NCBI GenBank assembly: GCA_965219445.1
Contig: CBDCNQ010000001.1
Coordinates: forward strand, 32,001-96,000
Direction of reading: 5' to 3'
DNA length: 64,000 nucleotides
Origin: Longimicrobiales bacterium
GTDB lineage: Bacteria > Gemmatimonadota > Gemmatimonadetes > Longimicrobiales > Gaopeijiaceae
Shown here: positions 48,190 through 59,361 of the stretch, one piece after another
How the letters are laid out: every line of letters starts with the position of its first letter
Position numbering within the stretch: the stretch's first letter is position 1
The notes under the pieces: model-generated
The model's database searches: none
Told to the model about the DNA's origin: nothing
What the model saw: the letters and a program-made list of their open reading frames with translations, nothing else
Translations under genes and position numbers: made by a program

Positions 48190-50135
48190 TGGGGTTCCTG
48201 TCGCCGATCTTTCTCTTGGCGGGCCTGACGGTGGCGGTGCCGCTCATCCTACATCTCTTCCATAGGCATGACGCGAAGAGAATGGTGTTCCCGGCGCTCC
48301 AGTATCTCCTCCGAACCGAAAAGGAGCACGCCCGTACCATCCGCTTTCGCCAACTCCTCCTGCTCCTTCTCCGTATTGCGGCCATTCTCCTCTTGGTCGC
48401 CGCCGGCGCTCGCCCCTTCCTACGCGGGGGCGGTGGGGTTCACGACCCGACGGCCACCGTCCTGATCGTAGACAACTCGATGAGCTCCGGATTGATCAGA
48501 GGGGGTGCTCGAGTCCTTGACGTTCTGAAGGCCGTGGCGGTCCGAAGCGTCGAGCGTGCGAGCGAAGAGGACCGTGTTTGGCTGATCCGCGCCGGAGAGC
48601 CCTGGGAGCCGGCAATCACGGGGTCCCGAGCCGACGTGAACGCCGCTGTATTGGAGACCGAGGCGACGGACGCCCGGGGAGATCTACGGACCGCGCTGGA
48701 GAGGGCCGTGCTCCTGACTTCGGGATCTGGGCTTTCCGCCGCCGAAATCCATCTGATTTCCGACCTCCAGGCGTCCGCGTTCGAGGGAACCGGCTCAGCG
48801 GTCGAGTCCGGACCGGTGCCCGTCGTCGTGTACGATGACGGGTCCGGTGATAGAGAGAACGCCTACTTGGACAGCCTCATGATTGGTGGCGGCTTGCCTC
48901 CCCTGGCCAATCAGCGAACTCGGCTGTCCGTCCGTTTGGCCGGTGATGCGGACAGTGTGGATGTCCCGCTCCGTCTGGTGGTCGGCAATCGAATTCGCGG
49001 AGCCGCGACTGGGGGTGTGGACAACTCGGCGCTCCTGCCGATCGGGCCCTTCGCGGCGGGCTATGTGGACGGTTACGTGGAGACGGATCCGGACGATCTT
49101 CGCGGGGACGACCGGAGGTTTTTCGCCTTTCGGGTTCGCTCGGCTCCGACACTCGCGACGCCCGGCTCGGCCCCGTTTTTCCTGTCCGAAGCGATCCCGG
49201 TTCTGGTCGACGCGGGTCGCGTGCGTCCGGCATCCATCCGTGACGCTGAGATCCTGATCAGCGTGGCGGGTGCCGGAATGACCGAAGCAGGGACAGAAGG
49301 TCGGGCGGTCGTCGTCTTGCCACCGAACGACCCGGCGCTGCTCCCCGGTCTCAACCGAGCGCTAAGCGCTGCGGGGATACCATGGCGCTATGAGCCGACA
49401 ACCACCGTAGGAGAAGCCCGCGTCACCCGCTGGAGCGGGCCCGTCAATTTGAATGACGTACGCATCCGCTCCCATTACATCCTGATACCGGCGGCGGATG
49501 GGCTGAATCGAGGCGTGCTGGCGAGCCTTTCGTCTGGTGACCCCTGGCTCGTGGAAGGTACCACTCCCAGAGGCTCCTACCTGCTTTTCGCTTCGGACCT
49601 GGACGAACAGTCCACGAACCTCCCGGTGACCGCAGCCTTGATGCCCCTCATGGAGTGGATCGTGTCGCGGTGGGGTGATACGCAGGGAACACGAGGGGGC
49701 TCGATCGCCGGTATGCCGATCTCCCCTCCCCCGGGGACGACGAGCATTCGGGACCCTGCGGGGACAATTCATCCGGTGGATGCCACACAGCCCTTCGCAG
49801 CGACGCCGGCCGCGGGCGTGTACGAGCTTCTGGCAGGCGACTCCACGATCCAGATGATCGCTGTGAACGCGCCGAGAGAGGAATCCCTCCTGTTCCCCAT
49901 TGAGACCGGCGTGCTCAGAAATCTCCTGCCGGGCCCCTCCACAGTGGTCACGGACAGTGCCCGGTGGGCCAGTGCCGTGTTCTCGGCTGGACAGGGACCA
50001 GAGATCTGGCGGTGGCTTCTCGCTGCAGCAGTCCTGGTCCTCGTCGCCGAGAGCCTCGTTGCGGCTTCGGGCCCGTCGTCGGATAAGTCCCGCTCCGGAG
50101 CCGCCCCCGGACTGCAGGAAACCGTATTGGGCTGA
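48189..50135 (+). CDS. BatA N-terminal / VWA domain membrane protein
   Basis: MGFLSP...PLILHL, DNSMS MIDAS-like motif and a C-terminal TM segment; TAATG coupling. Confidence 0.85.
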   Translation: MGFLSPIFLLAGLTVAVPLILHLFHRHDAKRMVFPALQYLLRTEKEHARTIRFRQLLLLLLRIAAILLLVAAGARPFLRGGGGVHDPTATVLIVDNSMSSGLIRGGARVLDVLKAVAVRSVERASEEDRVWLIRAGEPWEPAITGSRADVNAAVLETEATDARGDLRTALERAVLLTSGSGLSAAEIHLISDLQASAFEGTGSAVESGPVPVVVYDDGSGDRENAYLDSLMIGGGLPPLANQRTRLSVRLAGDADSVDVPLRLVVGNRIRGAATGGVDNSALLPIGPFAAGYVDGYVETDPDDLRGDDRRFFAFRVRSAPTLATPGSAPFFLSEAIPVLVDAGRVRPASIRDAEILISVAGAGMTEAGTEGRAVVVLPPNDPALLPGLNRALSAAGIPWRYEPTTTVGEARVTRWSGPVNLNDVRIRSHYILIPAADGLNRGVLASLSSGDPWLVEGTTPRGSYLLFASDLDEQSTNLPVTAALMPLMEWIVSRWGDTQGTRGGSIAGMPISPPPGTTSIRDPAGTIHPVDATQPFAATPAAGVYELLAGDSTIQMIAVNAPREESLLFPIETGVLRNLLPGPSTVVTDSARWASAVFSAGQGPEIWRWLLAAAVLVLVAESLVAASGPSSDKSRSGAAPGLQETVLG

Positions 50136-50136
50136 C

Positions 50137-53100
50137 GTGTCTGGCAGCCTTCACCCCATCGTCCAAGCGCTCGGTACGTGCCCGGGCTTTGAACGGCTCT
50201 GCCAGGCGCTGCCGAGCCGAGGTGAGCGGCGAGCCATGTCCGGAGCAATAGGCTCAGCCGCGACGGCGTCGGTAGCGGCCCTGTACCAACGCTTCCCGAC
50301 GCGGCTCATGGTCGTGGTCGCACCTTCTCCGGGGCGAGCGATCGAGATCGAGGTAGATCTCGAGCTCCTTCTTGGCGAAGGCACGTCCTTTCTTTTTCCT
50401 CAGCGTGAGGCACTGCCGTATGAGTCGAGCGAGCCTCACCTCGAAATCGGGGCACTTCGCGTCGAGGCCGTCGAGGCTCTGTTGGGTGGGCGAACCCGAC
50501 TGCTCGTGACTACCCTGCGCGCGTTGCAAGAGCGAGCCCCGATTCCAGCCGAACTCGCCCGATTACGGATTTCGCTTCGTTTGGGGGAAGAGGTGGGGTT
50601 CCGGGGGTTGATCGGGGACCTCATTGAACGTGGATTCGAGCGCGTGCCGCTCGTCGAGGAGGTAGGACAGTTCGCGGTTCGAGGAGGCCTCCTGGACATC
50701 TATTCGTTCGGCACGCCTGAGCCCGTGCGGGTCGAGTTCTTAGGGGACGAAATCACCTCGCTGCGCTTCTTCGACGTCCTCGACCAGCGCACGAACCGTT
50801 CCATCACCGAAGCGCACATCCTGCCGGTGGACTTTCAGCGGGACCCGCAGGCCGCCACGCTGGCTTCCCGGTCCCTTCTCGAGCTGCTTCCCGCCGATGC
50901 CCTTCTCCTACCTGTCCATCAGGAGGACGGCGGAGAGTGGCGGGCGGAACTCGACCGGACATGGGGCTACGTCTGCCGGCTTCACGAGGAACTCACGGCG
51001 GACAGGCAGTCTCCAGATCCTCCGGACACGCTCTTCCTACCGGCCGCCGATGCGGAGCGAATGCTCGCGGGACTGGCCCGCATCGACTTGTGCGCCTCCA
51101 CCGGGCGGGAGATCTCGCTTTCCTGTAGTCCTCCTCCTCCGATCCTGCGGGATATGTCACAGCTACGCGCTTCACTCCGTGCCGTTTCGGCTTCAGGGGG
51201 TCGCAGTCTCGTGCTCTGCGACAACCAAGGGCAATGTGACCGGTTGGAGGAAATCCTCGGAGGTCCCAAGAAAATTCCGCCGGGGGCGCACGTGGTCGTC
51301 GGCTCGCTCTCCGCCGGTTTCGTACTGGAGTCGGCGACCCCGCCCCTTCAGGTACTCACAGACCACGAGATCTTCCGCCGCTCGCGGAGGGTCCGGAGCA
51401 GGCGTCGGTTTCGCGGGGCGGTGGCACTCGAAAGCCTGGCTCAATTGAGTCCTGGGGACCCCGTGGTCCACATGGATCACGGGGTGGGCGTCTTCAGAGG
51501 GCTACAGCATGTCGAGATCGGGGGTGAAGAACTCGAGTCCATGGCGATCGAGTATGCCGGCGGAGAAATTCTACGCGTGCCGGTCTATCGGCTCGACCTC
51601 GTCGAGCGCTGGGTGGGTGAATCCGAGAGCGCCGCCCCTCCCACCGTACACCGGATCGGGGGGAAGCGCTGGAAGACGCTGAAGAGGAAGACGAGCGAAG
51701 CCATCGAGACAATGACCGTCGAACTCCTCCAGCTCTACGCCAAGCGGGAATCCGCGGTGGGGTTCGCCTTTTCGCCCGACACCGTGTGGCAAAAGGAGAT
51801 GGAGTCGTCGTTCCTCTATGAAGACACACCCGACCAGCGGACGGCGACCGAAGCGGCTAAGCGCGACATGGAGTCCACCCGGCCCATGGACCGGTTGATC
51901 TGTGGGGATGTGGGCTATGGGAAGACCGAGATCGCGATCCGGGCAGCTTTCAAAGCGATCCAGGATGGGAAGCAGGTGGCGGTGCTCGCACCCACCACCG
52001 TGCTGGTGGAGCAGCATCGGCACACCTTCGCGGAACGACTCGCGGACTATCCGGTGCACGTTAGGGCGCTCAGCCGATTTCGTACGCCAGCCAGTCAGAA
52101 GAGGATTCTGACGGGTCTCGCGAACGGCGAGGTCGATATTGTGGTGGGGACGCACCGGCTACTCTCACCTGACGTCGAGTTCACTGATCTCGGCCTCCTG
52201 ATCGTCGATGAGGAGCAGCGCTTCGGTGTGCGTCATAAGGAACGCCTCAAGCAGCTGAGGGCGTCCGTAGATGTGTTGACGCTGACGGCCACGCCCATCC
52301 CACGCACATTGCACTTGTCGCTAGTGGGCCTACGGGACCTCTCCCTGATCCGTACTCCGCCGCGCGACCGGATGCCCGTCATCACGCATGTAGTTCCGTG
52401 GTCAGACCAAATCCTTGCGGAGGCCTTGCTCAGAGAGTTGGATCGAGGGGGACAATCCTTCGTCCTACACAATTTGGTTTCAACCATACATGGAGCCGCT
52501 GAGCGGATCCGAGCACTCGTCCCAGAGGCCCGAATCGGCACGGCCCACGGGCAGATGAAGCCTCGGGATCTGGACCGGGTCATGCGGGACTTTGTGGACG
52601 GGGATATCGACATTCTGGTCTGCTCATCGATCATCGAAAACGGCCTCGATGTCCCGAACGCGAACACCCTGATCGTGAACCGAGCTGAACATTTCGGACT
52701 GTCTCAACTCTACCAGATCCGTGGACGTGTGGGGCGTTCCGACCGCCGAGCGTTCTGCTATCTCATCGCGCCCGCAGAGCTCAGTGATGAGGCGGAGCGC
52801 CGCCTCAGGGTGCTAGAACATCACACGGAGCTTGGAAGCGGCTATTCCGTGGCGCTCAGAGACATGGAGTTGAGGGGAGCGGGGAATTTGCTCGGCGGTG
52901 AGCAGTCCGGATTCGCCCACTCCATCGGCATCGACGCTTACATGCGACTGCTCGAGCAGACCGTCAAGCGCCTTCAAGGAGAGGAGGAAGGCCGCGAATT
53001 CCCCGACCCTGATGTCTCGATCGCCGGCTCCGCGTACCTACCCGACACCTACATTTCCGACTCCGGCCAAAAGCTACATCTCTACCAAAGGCTTTCGAAG

Positions 53101-53457
53101 CTCAGCCGGATTGCCGAGGTGGCCTCCCTACGTGAGGAATTGGCAGATCGCTTCGGTGCCCCTCCCATCCATGTGGAGCACTTGCTCGATGGCGCCGCTC
53201 TACGAATCCTGGGGAGGCGAATTGGCGTCGAACGCATACTCGTAGGACGGAGCGAGGCAAGAGTGAATTTCAGAGCCACGGTTGTGCCACGCCTTTCGGT
53301 TCTCGAGCGCCCTCTCCAAGAGCACTCCGTCGACGTGGAGGTACGACGCATGACGCCACTCTCACTGGTCCTTCATCAAGCGGGCCCGGATTCGCTAGTT
53401 TCGACGTTGATCCTGGCCCTCACCACCTTGATCGAGGCACGAGACGAGGCGGCGTGA
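50137..53457 (+). CDS. mfd: Transcription-repair coupling factor
   Basis: [25 protein letters not shown] and QIRGRVGR motifs. Confidence 0.97.
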   Translation: MSGSLHPIVQALGTCPGFERLCQALPSRGERRAMSGAIGSAATASVAALYQRFPTRLMVVVAPSPGRAIEIEVDLELLLGEGTSFLFPQREALPYESSEPHLEIGALRVEAVEALLGGRTRLLVTTLRALQERAPIPAELARLRISLRLGEEVGFRGLIGDLIERGFERVPLVEEVGQFAVRGGLLDIYSFGTPEPVRVEFLGDEITSLRFFDVLDQRTNRSITEAHILPVDFQRDPQAATLASRSLLELLPADALLLPVHQEDGGEWRAELDRTWGYVCRLHEELTADRQSPDPPDTLFLPAADAERMLAGLARIDLCASTGREISLSCSPPPPILRDMSQLRASLRAVSASGGRSLVLCDNQGQCDRLEEILGGPKKIPPGAHVVVGSLSAGFVLESATPPLQVLTDHEIFRRSRRVRSRRRFRGAVALESLAQLSPGDPVVHMDHGVGVFRGLQHVEIGGEELESMAIEYAGGEILRVPVYRLDLVERWVGESESAAPPTVHRIGGKRWKTLKRKTSEAIETMTVELLQLYAKRESAVGFAFSPDTVWQKEMESSFLYEDTPDQRTATEAAKRDMESTRPMDRLICGDVGYGKTEIAIRAAFKAIQDGKQVAVLAPTTVLVEQHRHTFAERLADYPVHVRALSRFRTPASQKRILTGLANGEVDIVVGTHRLLSPDVEFTDLGLLIVDEEQRFGVRHKERLKQLRASVDVLTLTATPIPRTLHLSLVGLRDLSLIRTPPRDRMPVITHVVPWSDQILAEALLRELDRGGQSFVLHNLVSTIHGAAERIRALVPEARIGTAHGQMKPRDLDRVMRDFVDGDIDILVCSSIIENGLDVPNANTLIVNRAEHFGLSQLYQIRGRVGRSDRRAFCYLIAPAELSDEAERRLRVLEHHTELGSGYSVALRDMELRGAGNLLGGEQSGFAHSIGIDAYMRLLEQTVKRLQGEEEGREFPDPDVSIAGSAYLPDTYISDSGQKLHLYQRLSKLSRIAEVASLREELADRFGAPPIHVEHLLDGAALRILGRRIGVERILVGRSEARVNFRATVVPRLSVLERPLQEHSVDVEVRRMTPLSLVLHQAGPDSLVSTLILALTTLIEARDEAA

Positions 53458-53554
53458 CAATGTCACGCGCTCGAGCGGTCCAAGCCACGGCGCGACCAAG
53501 GTGTGCGGCCGGGCAACCGACGGGCGTGGCGCGACCCCATGCTGACGGAGATGA

Positions 53555-55024
53555 GTGACGATGATACCACACGCCGGGCGTACTTCTGGCCTCCTGGGTA
53601 GACGCGCCAAAGGGATGGTCCTTGGGATCCTGGCCGTTCTTTGGGCGTGTGAGACGGAATCAGGGAGGGTTCTCGCGCGGGCGGCTGGTCATGAACTGGC
53701 CGTGGATCAGATGGTCGAGATCCTCGCTAGGCAAAACACCGTACCCAACGAAGCCGATGTCGTGGAGGCGTTAGCGAACTTCTGGATCGACTATACACTC
53801 ATCGCGGTGAGCGCCCGGGAGGACTCCCTGCTTACGACACTCGATCTCAACCCCCTCCTCCGGCCACAGCTTGAGCAGGAGATCATCGACGAATACCTGA
53901 GCTCGGTCCTCCGACCCGACACGGCGATCTCCGAGCCGGAACTGAGAGCAATATGGGAGGCCGACCCCCCGGCCGACTCAGTCCGGGCGCAGCACATCCT
54001 GCTCGCCTTTCCTGAGCAGGCAACCCAGGCCCAGTTGGATAGCGTGGCCGGCCTCGCGTCCCAGCTGCAGGAGCGGGCGGTGGCGGGCGAGTCCTTCGAG
54101 GCCCTGGCCGGAGAGTACAGCGACGACAGCGGAAGCGCCATCCAAGGGGGTGACATCGGATTTTTCGGCCGAGGAATGCTGGTGCCCTCGTTTGAGGAGG
54201 CTGCCTTCTCCCTCGCTGTGGGTGAAGTCGGTGACCCGGTGGCGTCTTCGTTTGGGCTCCATGTCATCAGGGTCACGGACCGGAAGGCAGCGACGTTCGA
54301 GGGGACACGCGCCGCCCTCCGGGACTCGCTCGTTCTCAGGAGATTGCAGGAGGCCGAGTCGATCCTATTGGCCGAGCTCGACGAGGAAGGTGAGATCGAG
54401 ATTGAGGCTTGGGCCATCGATGTCATCCGGGAACTAGCGATGAATCCGAGAACCTCGCTCAACCGCAGGGCGGCGAGCCGCCCACTCGTGTCATTTCGTG
54501 GGGGATCGTACTCGGTCTCGGACGCGTTACTCATGTTGATTACGCAGCAAGTAGACCTCCCGGCTCAGCTCGCAGCGGCCCCCGACGCGGTCCTGAACAC
54601 TCTCCTAAACCGCCTAGGGCAAGCGCAGGTACTGCTCCTTCGCGCGGCCGAAGCCGGAATCGGCCCAGCCGAGGAACATGTCGATTCCCTGGATTCCCTT
54701 GCGCGGCAAGGAGTGAGAGACGTGACCGATGGGCTCGGCCTTCGCAGGATTGCTCTCTTGGAGGGTGAGACAGCCGATGACGCGTTGGACCGCACGACTC
54801 TTCAACTCCTGCGCGAAATCTCGGCAGGTACGCGGAGCGTGATTCCGATGGCCGTGATCACTGTGGCGCTCCGTCGCGAGGCCGACTGGGAAATTCTCGA
54901 GAGTTCGATCGGTGCCACCGTGGGACGAGTCGATGATCTGAGGGGGGCCGTCGAGGACGCGCCCACCCAACCGACCCCCGTTCCACCCGATGCGCCGCCC
55001 CTCGTCGACTCCGTCCAGAATTGA
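53555..55024 (+). CDS. Parvulin-type peptidylprolyl isomerase, possible lipoprotein
   Basis: AQHILL, GGDIGFF and FGLHVI motifs; LWAC lipobox-like motif. Confidence 0.88.
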   Translation: MTMIPHAGRTSGLLGRRAKGMVLGILAVLWACETESGRVLARAAGHELAVDQMVEILARQNTVPNEADVVEALANFWIDYTLIAVSAREDSLLTTLDLNPLLRPQLEQEIIDEYLSSVLRPDTAISEPELRAIWEADPPADSVRAQHILLAFPEQATQAQLDSVAGLASQLQERAVAGESFEALAGEYSDDSGSAIQGGDIGFFGRGMLVPSFEEAAFSLAVGEVGDPVASSFGLHVIRVTDRKAATFEGTRAALRDSLVLRRLQEAESILLAELDEEGEIEIEAWAIDVIRELAMNPRTSLNRRAASRPLVSFRGGSYSVSDALLMLITQQVDLPAQLAAAPDAVLNTLLNRLGQAQVLLLRAAEAGIGPAEEHVDSLDSLARQGVRDVTDGLGLRRIALLEGETADDALDRTTLQLLREISAGTRSVIPMAVITVALRREADWEILESSIGATVGRVDDLRGAVEDAPTQPTPVPPDAPPLVDSVQN

Positions 55025-55071
55025 CGGTGGGCGCCGGAGCAGCTCAGGAACACGATTTCTCCCTTGGTTTA

Positions 55072-55324
55072 AGAAGGCTGTTGAAGGAGTACAGGCGTAG
55101 CAACGCTACGGCGAGGAGGAGAGACGCAGGATCAACCGCACAACCGCCCTGTGCCCAGGACTATGAATGACATGACCATGCACGTTGAAGGGTTGCGGTG
55201 GCACGATCCCATCTCCGTTGTTGGAGCTCCTAGCCATAGCTACGGCTATGGCGTCATCGCTCCGCCTAGGGTCTGGGGCCGTGGCATCCCCAACGCGGCC
55301 CACTGTACTCCTTCAACAGCCTTC
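55072..55324 (-). mobile_element. MITE/REP-like element, copy 5 (inverted, internal deletion)
   Basis: Same TIRs as the other copies. The interior is the reverse complement of copy 4. Confidence 0.88.
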
Positions 55325-55332
55325 CTGAACGC

Positions 55333-56649
55333 ATGAATTCTTCATCCGGAAGGTTCACGCTCCTCGCGGCCGCCTTGTTCCTGATCCCTTCGCAGGTAGA
55401 GGGGCAAGGGGCCCCGCAAGGCATCACCCTGGTCGAGCGTGTGGTCGCAGTCGTTGGAGATTCCGTGATCCTGATGACCGAAGTCGAGGAATTCCTCCTT
55501 TCGATGGAGGCGAGGGGATGGACTCGCCCGACTGGGGCCCGCGAGCTTCTCGAGGCACGACTCGACGTCCTGGACCAACTCATCAACCAGCAGGTGATTC
55601 TCCAGGAAGCGGCGAAAGACACAACCCTGGCAGTCACCGAGGAGGAATTGGAGGACCGCGTCCAGCAAGAGATCGACGGTCAGGTCCGCCAATTCGGTAC
55701 GTTGGGCCGGCTTCAACAGGCGCTCGCTGAGCAGAATATGACGATGGCCGTCTATCGTGAGCAGCAGAAAAACCTCATCCGACGCCAGTTGCTCCAGGAA
55801 GGCTTTTTCGCCAAAGGGGGGCAGAGCGAGACGGACATTGTGGTGACGGAAGAGGAAATACGGACATATTTCGATGAAAATCAGGACGTTTTTCCTGACA
55901 GACCACCGAGCATTCGCTTCGAGAATATTCAGCTGCTACCCGAGCCGAGCGACGCTGCCAAGTCGGAGGCCCTCGCGGAGGCGGACAGCGTTCAGGGTCT
56001 TCTCCGGGAGGGGGGGGACTTCGCGGAGTTCGCCGCTCGCTTCTCCGACGGCCCCTCAGCCGCTGCAGGCGGAGAACTCGGCTGGATACGTCAAGACGGA
56101 AGCTATGTCGAGGCCTTCGAAGAGGTGGCCTTCCAGACGCCTCCAGGAGTGATCGTCCCTCCCGTTGAGACGGAATTCGGATACCATCTCATACTGGTGG
56201 AGCGGGTAAGGGGGGGGGAGCGTCGAGTACGGCATATCTTGTTCGCGCCTGAAATCACACCGAGCGACATTGAGGCCAACGATGACCGGGCCGAGTCGTT
56301 CGTCACCAGGCTAAAGGCTGGTGAGACGATGGCGGATCTGGGCCAGGTGCCCGATACGGTCGAGCTGTCGATGGAACAAATCGCACAGGCTTCCCCGGCG
56401 TTTGCCGTGGAGATACGAAACGCCGGGCCGGGTCAAGTGGTCGGCCCAGTCAGGGTTGACGACCCCCGGCTTGAAAATGGCTGGACCCTCGCTCGGGTAT
56501 TGGGGAGGACGAGTGGAGGCCCTGCTGAGTTTTCGGAATTTCGAGACTTGATCGTCGAGCGCCTTAGGAGCCAGCGTCTCACCGAGACGGTGGTGGAAGG
56601 TTTGCGAAGCCGTGCCCACGTCGAGGTTCGGATCGGCGGAGGAGGCTGA
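55333..56649 (+). CDS. surA: SurA-like chaperone / peptidylprolyl isomerase
   Basis: VERVVAVVGDSVIL SurA N-terminus and parvulin motifs GGELGW and FGYHLI. Confidence 0.8.
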   Translation: MNSSSGRFTLLAAALFLIPSQVEGQGAPQGITLVERVVAVVGDSVILMTEVEEFLLSMEARGWTRPTGARELLEARLDVLDQLINQQVILQEAAKDTTLAVTEEELEDRVQQEIDGQVRQFGTLGRLQQALAEQNMTMAVYREQQKNLIRRQLLQEGFFAKGGQSETDIVVTEEEIRTYFDENQDVFPDRPPSIRFENIQLLPEPSDAAKSEALAEADSVQGLLREGGDFAEFAARFSDGPSAAAGGELGWIRQDGSYVEAFEEVAFQTPPGVIVPPVETEFGYHLILVERVRGGERRVRHILFAPEITPSDIEANDDRAESFVTRLKAGETMADLGQVPDTVELSMEQIAQASPAFAVEIRNAGPGQVVGPVRVDDPRLENGWTLARVLGRTSGGPAEFSEFRDLIVERLRSQRLTETVVEGLRSRAHVEVRIGGGG

Positions 56650-56665
56650 CCTCACGAGGCCGTTT

Positions 56666-57610
56666 ATGTCCACCCAATGCTTGGCGGTCACGCTCGGTGA
56701 TCCTCGCGGAATCGGCCCTGAGGTGGCTGCGAAGGCGGTTCGGCATCTCAGAGAGCAGGGGGACGACACCGACTTCATCTTGGTAGGACCGGACGGGTGC
56801 GATCCGGGGCTCGGCACTTACGAAGGCGTAGGTCGATTCGAGGGTTCCGAGCGTTCGGCGGGGGTCCTTTCCGCCCGTGCGGTGGAGAGAGCCGTCCACC
56901 TCGCCTTGGCGGGTACCGCAGCGGGAATCGTGACCGGCCCGATCGACAAACAAGCACTCCTGTCCGCGGGGCTCATAGAACCCGGCCATACCGAACTGCT
57001 GCAGCGCCTCACAGGCGCCTCCGATGTCGGCATGCTCATGGCCGCAGAGGAGACGCGGCTAGGGGCCCCTCTTCGGGTGCTTCTCGCCACGACGCACGTG
57101 CCGCTGCGCAGTGTGTCCGACCTGTTGAGCTCGGATCTGCTCGTTTCCAAGACGACGCTGTTGAACGTATCTCTTGAAGCCGAATGGAATCTCGTCCGTC
57201 CGCGCATCGCGCTCTGCGCATTCAATCCCCATGCCTCGGACGGTGGATTGTTCGGGGACGAAGAGGATCGTGTATTCAGGCCCGCCGTGGAGACCCTCCG
57301 CGGAGCGGGTATCGAGGTGGAGGGCCCGATCCCCGCCGACACCGTGTTCAGCAGAACGCTCGATGGTGAGTTTGACGCGGTCATCGCGCCGTATCACGAC
57401 GTAGGGATGGCCCCCTTCAAGACCATCGCCTTCGGAACGGGAGTCAACGTGACCCTGGGACTGCCGTTCGTTCGTACGTCGCCGGATCATGGGACCGCAT
57501 TCGATCTTGTGGGTACCGGTAGGGCGGAGCCGTCCTCGATGCAGGCAGCCATCCGGTTGGCATCTCGGTTGGCCGTAGCGCGTTTCGGCACGCTGGCGGC
57601 CCAAATGTAA
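56666..57610 (+). CDS. pdxA: 4-hydroxythreonine-4-phosphate dehydrogenase
   Basis: GDPRGIGPE, GHTE, NPHA, YHD and RTSPDHGTAFD motifs. Confidence 0.95.
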   Translation: MSTQCLAVTLGDPRGIGPEVAAKAVRHLREQGDDTDFILVGPDGCDPGLGTYEGVGRFEGSERSAGVLSARAVERAVHLALAGTAAGIVTGPIDKQALLSAGLIEPGHTELLQRLTGASDVGMLMAAEETRLGAPLRVLLATTHVPLRSVSDLLSSDLLVSKTTLLNVSLEAEWNLVRPRIALCAFNPHASDGGLFGDEEDRVFRPAVETLRGAGIEVEGPIPADTVFSRTLDGEFDAVIAPYHDVGMAPFKTIAFGTGVNVTLGLPFVRTSPDHGTAFDLVGTGRAEPSSMQAAIRLASRLAVARFGTLAAQM

Positions 57611-57682
57611 CTTTCTGTGCTCGACCCACCGTGTGCCCACAAGTCGGTGGGAAACATTAACTTACGAGGTTGCGATCCACAC

Positions 57683-58501
57683 GTGATCAAGTTCATCCAC
57701 GTGACAAAAGAGTACGCCCGCCCTGAACCGGCCCTCAAGGACGTGTCGTTCCACTTGGTCAAAGGACAGTTCACCTTCCTTACCGGGCACTCTGGATCAG
57801 GAAAATCGACCGCTCTGCGACTCGCGCACCTGGTCGAGAGGCCGACCCACGGAGAGGTACGTGCGAGCGGGTTTTCGTCCCTTAGAACCTCTCGGCGAGA
57901 TGTATGGAAGCTCCGCCGGAACGTGGGGTACGTGTTTCAGGACTTTCGTCTCCTTCCCGGCCGCACCGCTCTCGAGAACGTCTCCTTCGCCCTCGAAGTC
58001 ATCGGTTCGCCGAAAAAACAGATCTCGCCCCGAGCCCAACGGCTCCTGGGTCAAGTGGGCCTCGCACCCAAAGCCGGGGCCTCGGTGGATGAGCTCTCGG
58101 GAGGCGAGCAGCAGCGTGTTGCCATTGCGCGCGCCCTCGCGAGCGAGCCGCTCCTCCTTCTGGCCGACGAGCCCACGGGAAACCTAGACGAGCGGGCCAC
58201 TCGGGGTATCCTGGATCTGTTTTGGGAGATCAACGCACTCGGGATGGCCGTTCTGATGGCGACGCACGATCTGGAGCTCATGCGACGATATCCCACCGCT
58301 CGGGTCCTCGAACTCGACCAAGGCCGCCTGGTGTACGATTCTGCCGAGACCGAACACGCGGTGAGCAGCGAAGACGGCAGCCCGCGGCCAGGTTCCGGCG
58401 TGAGCCCGGCCAGCAAACAGGATTCGGCCAGCGGAACGAATTCCGCCAGTGTGCTGGATTCCGCCAGTGAACCGGAACCGGCCCAACAGAGAGAGACCTG
58501 A
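57683..58501 (+). CDS. ftsE: Cell division ATP-binding protein FtsE with low-complexity tail
   Basis: GHSGSGKST, VFQDFRLL and LSGGEQQR motifs; precedes ftsX. Confidence 0.93.
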   Translation: MIKFIHVTKEYARPEPALKDVSFHLVKGQFTFLTGHSGSGKSTALRLAHLVERPTHGEVRASGFSSLRTSRRDVWKLRRNVGYVFQDFRLLPGRTALENVSFALEVIGSPKKQISPRAQRLLGQVGLAPKAGASVDELSGGEQQRVAIARALASEPLLLLADEPTGNLDERATRGILDLFWEINALGMAVLMATHDLELMRRYPTARVLELDQGRLVYDSAETEHAVSSEDGSPRPGSGVSPASKQDSASGTNSASVLDSASEPEPAQQRET

Positions 58502-58502
58502 C

Positions 58503-59360
58503 GTGCTCTACACGATTCGAGAAACCCTCATCGCCTTCAAGCGAGCTCCGCTCCTGACCGGGCTCTCCGCAGCCATGGTCGGACTGGCGCTCTTTGTTGT
58601 GGGACTCTTTGGGCTAGCCACGCACAACGTCCGACTCTACCTGGAGACGCTTGAAGAGCGCGTCGAGGTCGTCGCCTACCTCCGGGACGACGCGAACACC
58701 GCGGACATCGCTGCAATGGAAGGGGCGCTCACGATGCTCCCCGAGGTACTCGCGGTGGACTTCGTGACCAAGGGCGAAGCGCTTGAAAAGGCATATACTG
58801 AACTGCCCGAGTTCAATGAGATTCTCACGGACCTCGAAGTCAATCCGCTCCCGGCGTCCATCGAGATCCAGCTTCGTCCGGGGGATCGAACACCTGCGAC
58901 GGCGGATCGAGTCGCACAACAAGCCGCTCTCCATCCCATCGTGGAAGAGGTGCAATACGGCCAGGAATGGGTCGACAAGCTTTTTACCCTTAGGCGGATG
59001 GGTGCGGTAACAACGACCGTGATGGGTACGGCCTTCGCGGTCGTGGCCGCGCTGATCATCGGTACTGCCGTGCGAATCGCGATCTTCGCGCGGCGAGAGG
59101 AGATCAAAATCATGCAGTTGGTCGGTGCACGTGACAGCTTTGTTCACCGGCCCTTTCTCCTCGAGGGCGGCATCACCGGGGCGCTCGGGGGAGCTATCGC
59201 CATCCTGCTCACCTACACAACGTTTTGGTCGGTATTCAATTACCTCTTCATCATTTCGTGGATTCCGTGGGAATGGGCCGGAATCGGGATGTCGGCCGGA
59301 ATCGTGTTCGGAGTGTTCGCCAGCGGATACGCTGTCCGCAAGCACCTCCGGGAGGTATAA
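58503..59360 (+). CDS. ftsX: Cell division permease FtsX
   Basis: NPLPAS, RREEIKIMQLVGA and PFLLEG motifs. Confidence 0.94.
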   Translation: MLYTIRETLIAFKRAPLLTGLSAAMVGLALFVVGLFGLATHNVRLYLETLEERVEVVAYLRDDANTADIAAMEGALTMLPEVLAVDFVTKGEALEKAYTELPEFNEILTDLEVNPLPASIEIQLRPGDRTPATADRVAQQAALHPIVEEVQYGQEWVDKLFTLRRMGAVTTTVMGTAFAVVAALIIGTAVRIAIFARREEIKIMQLVGARDSFVHRPFLLEGGITGALGGAIAILLTYTTFWSVFNYLFIISWIPWEWAGIGMSAGIVFGVFASGYAVRKHLREV

Positions 59361-59361
59361 G

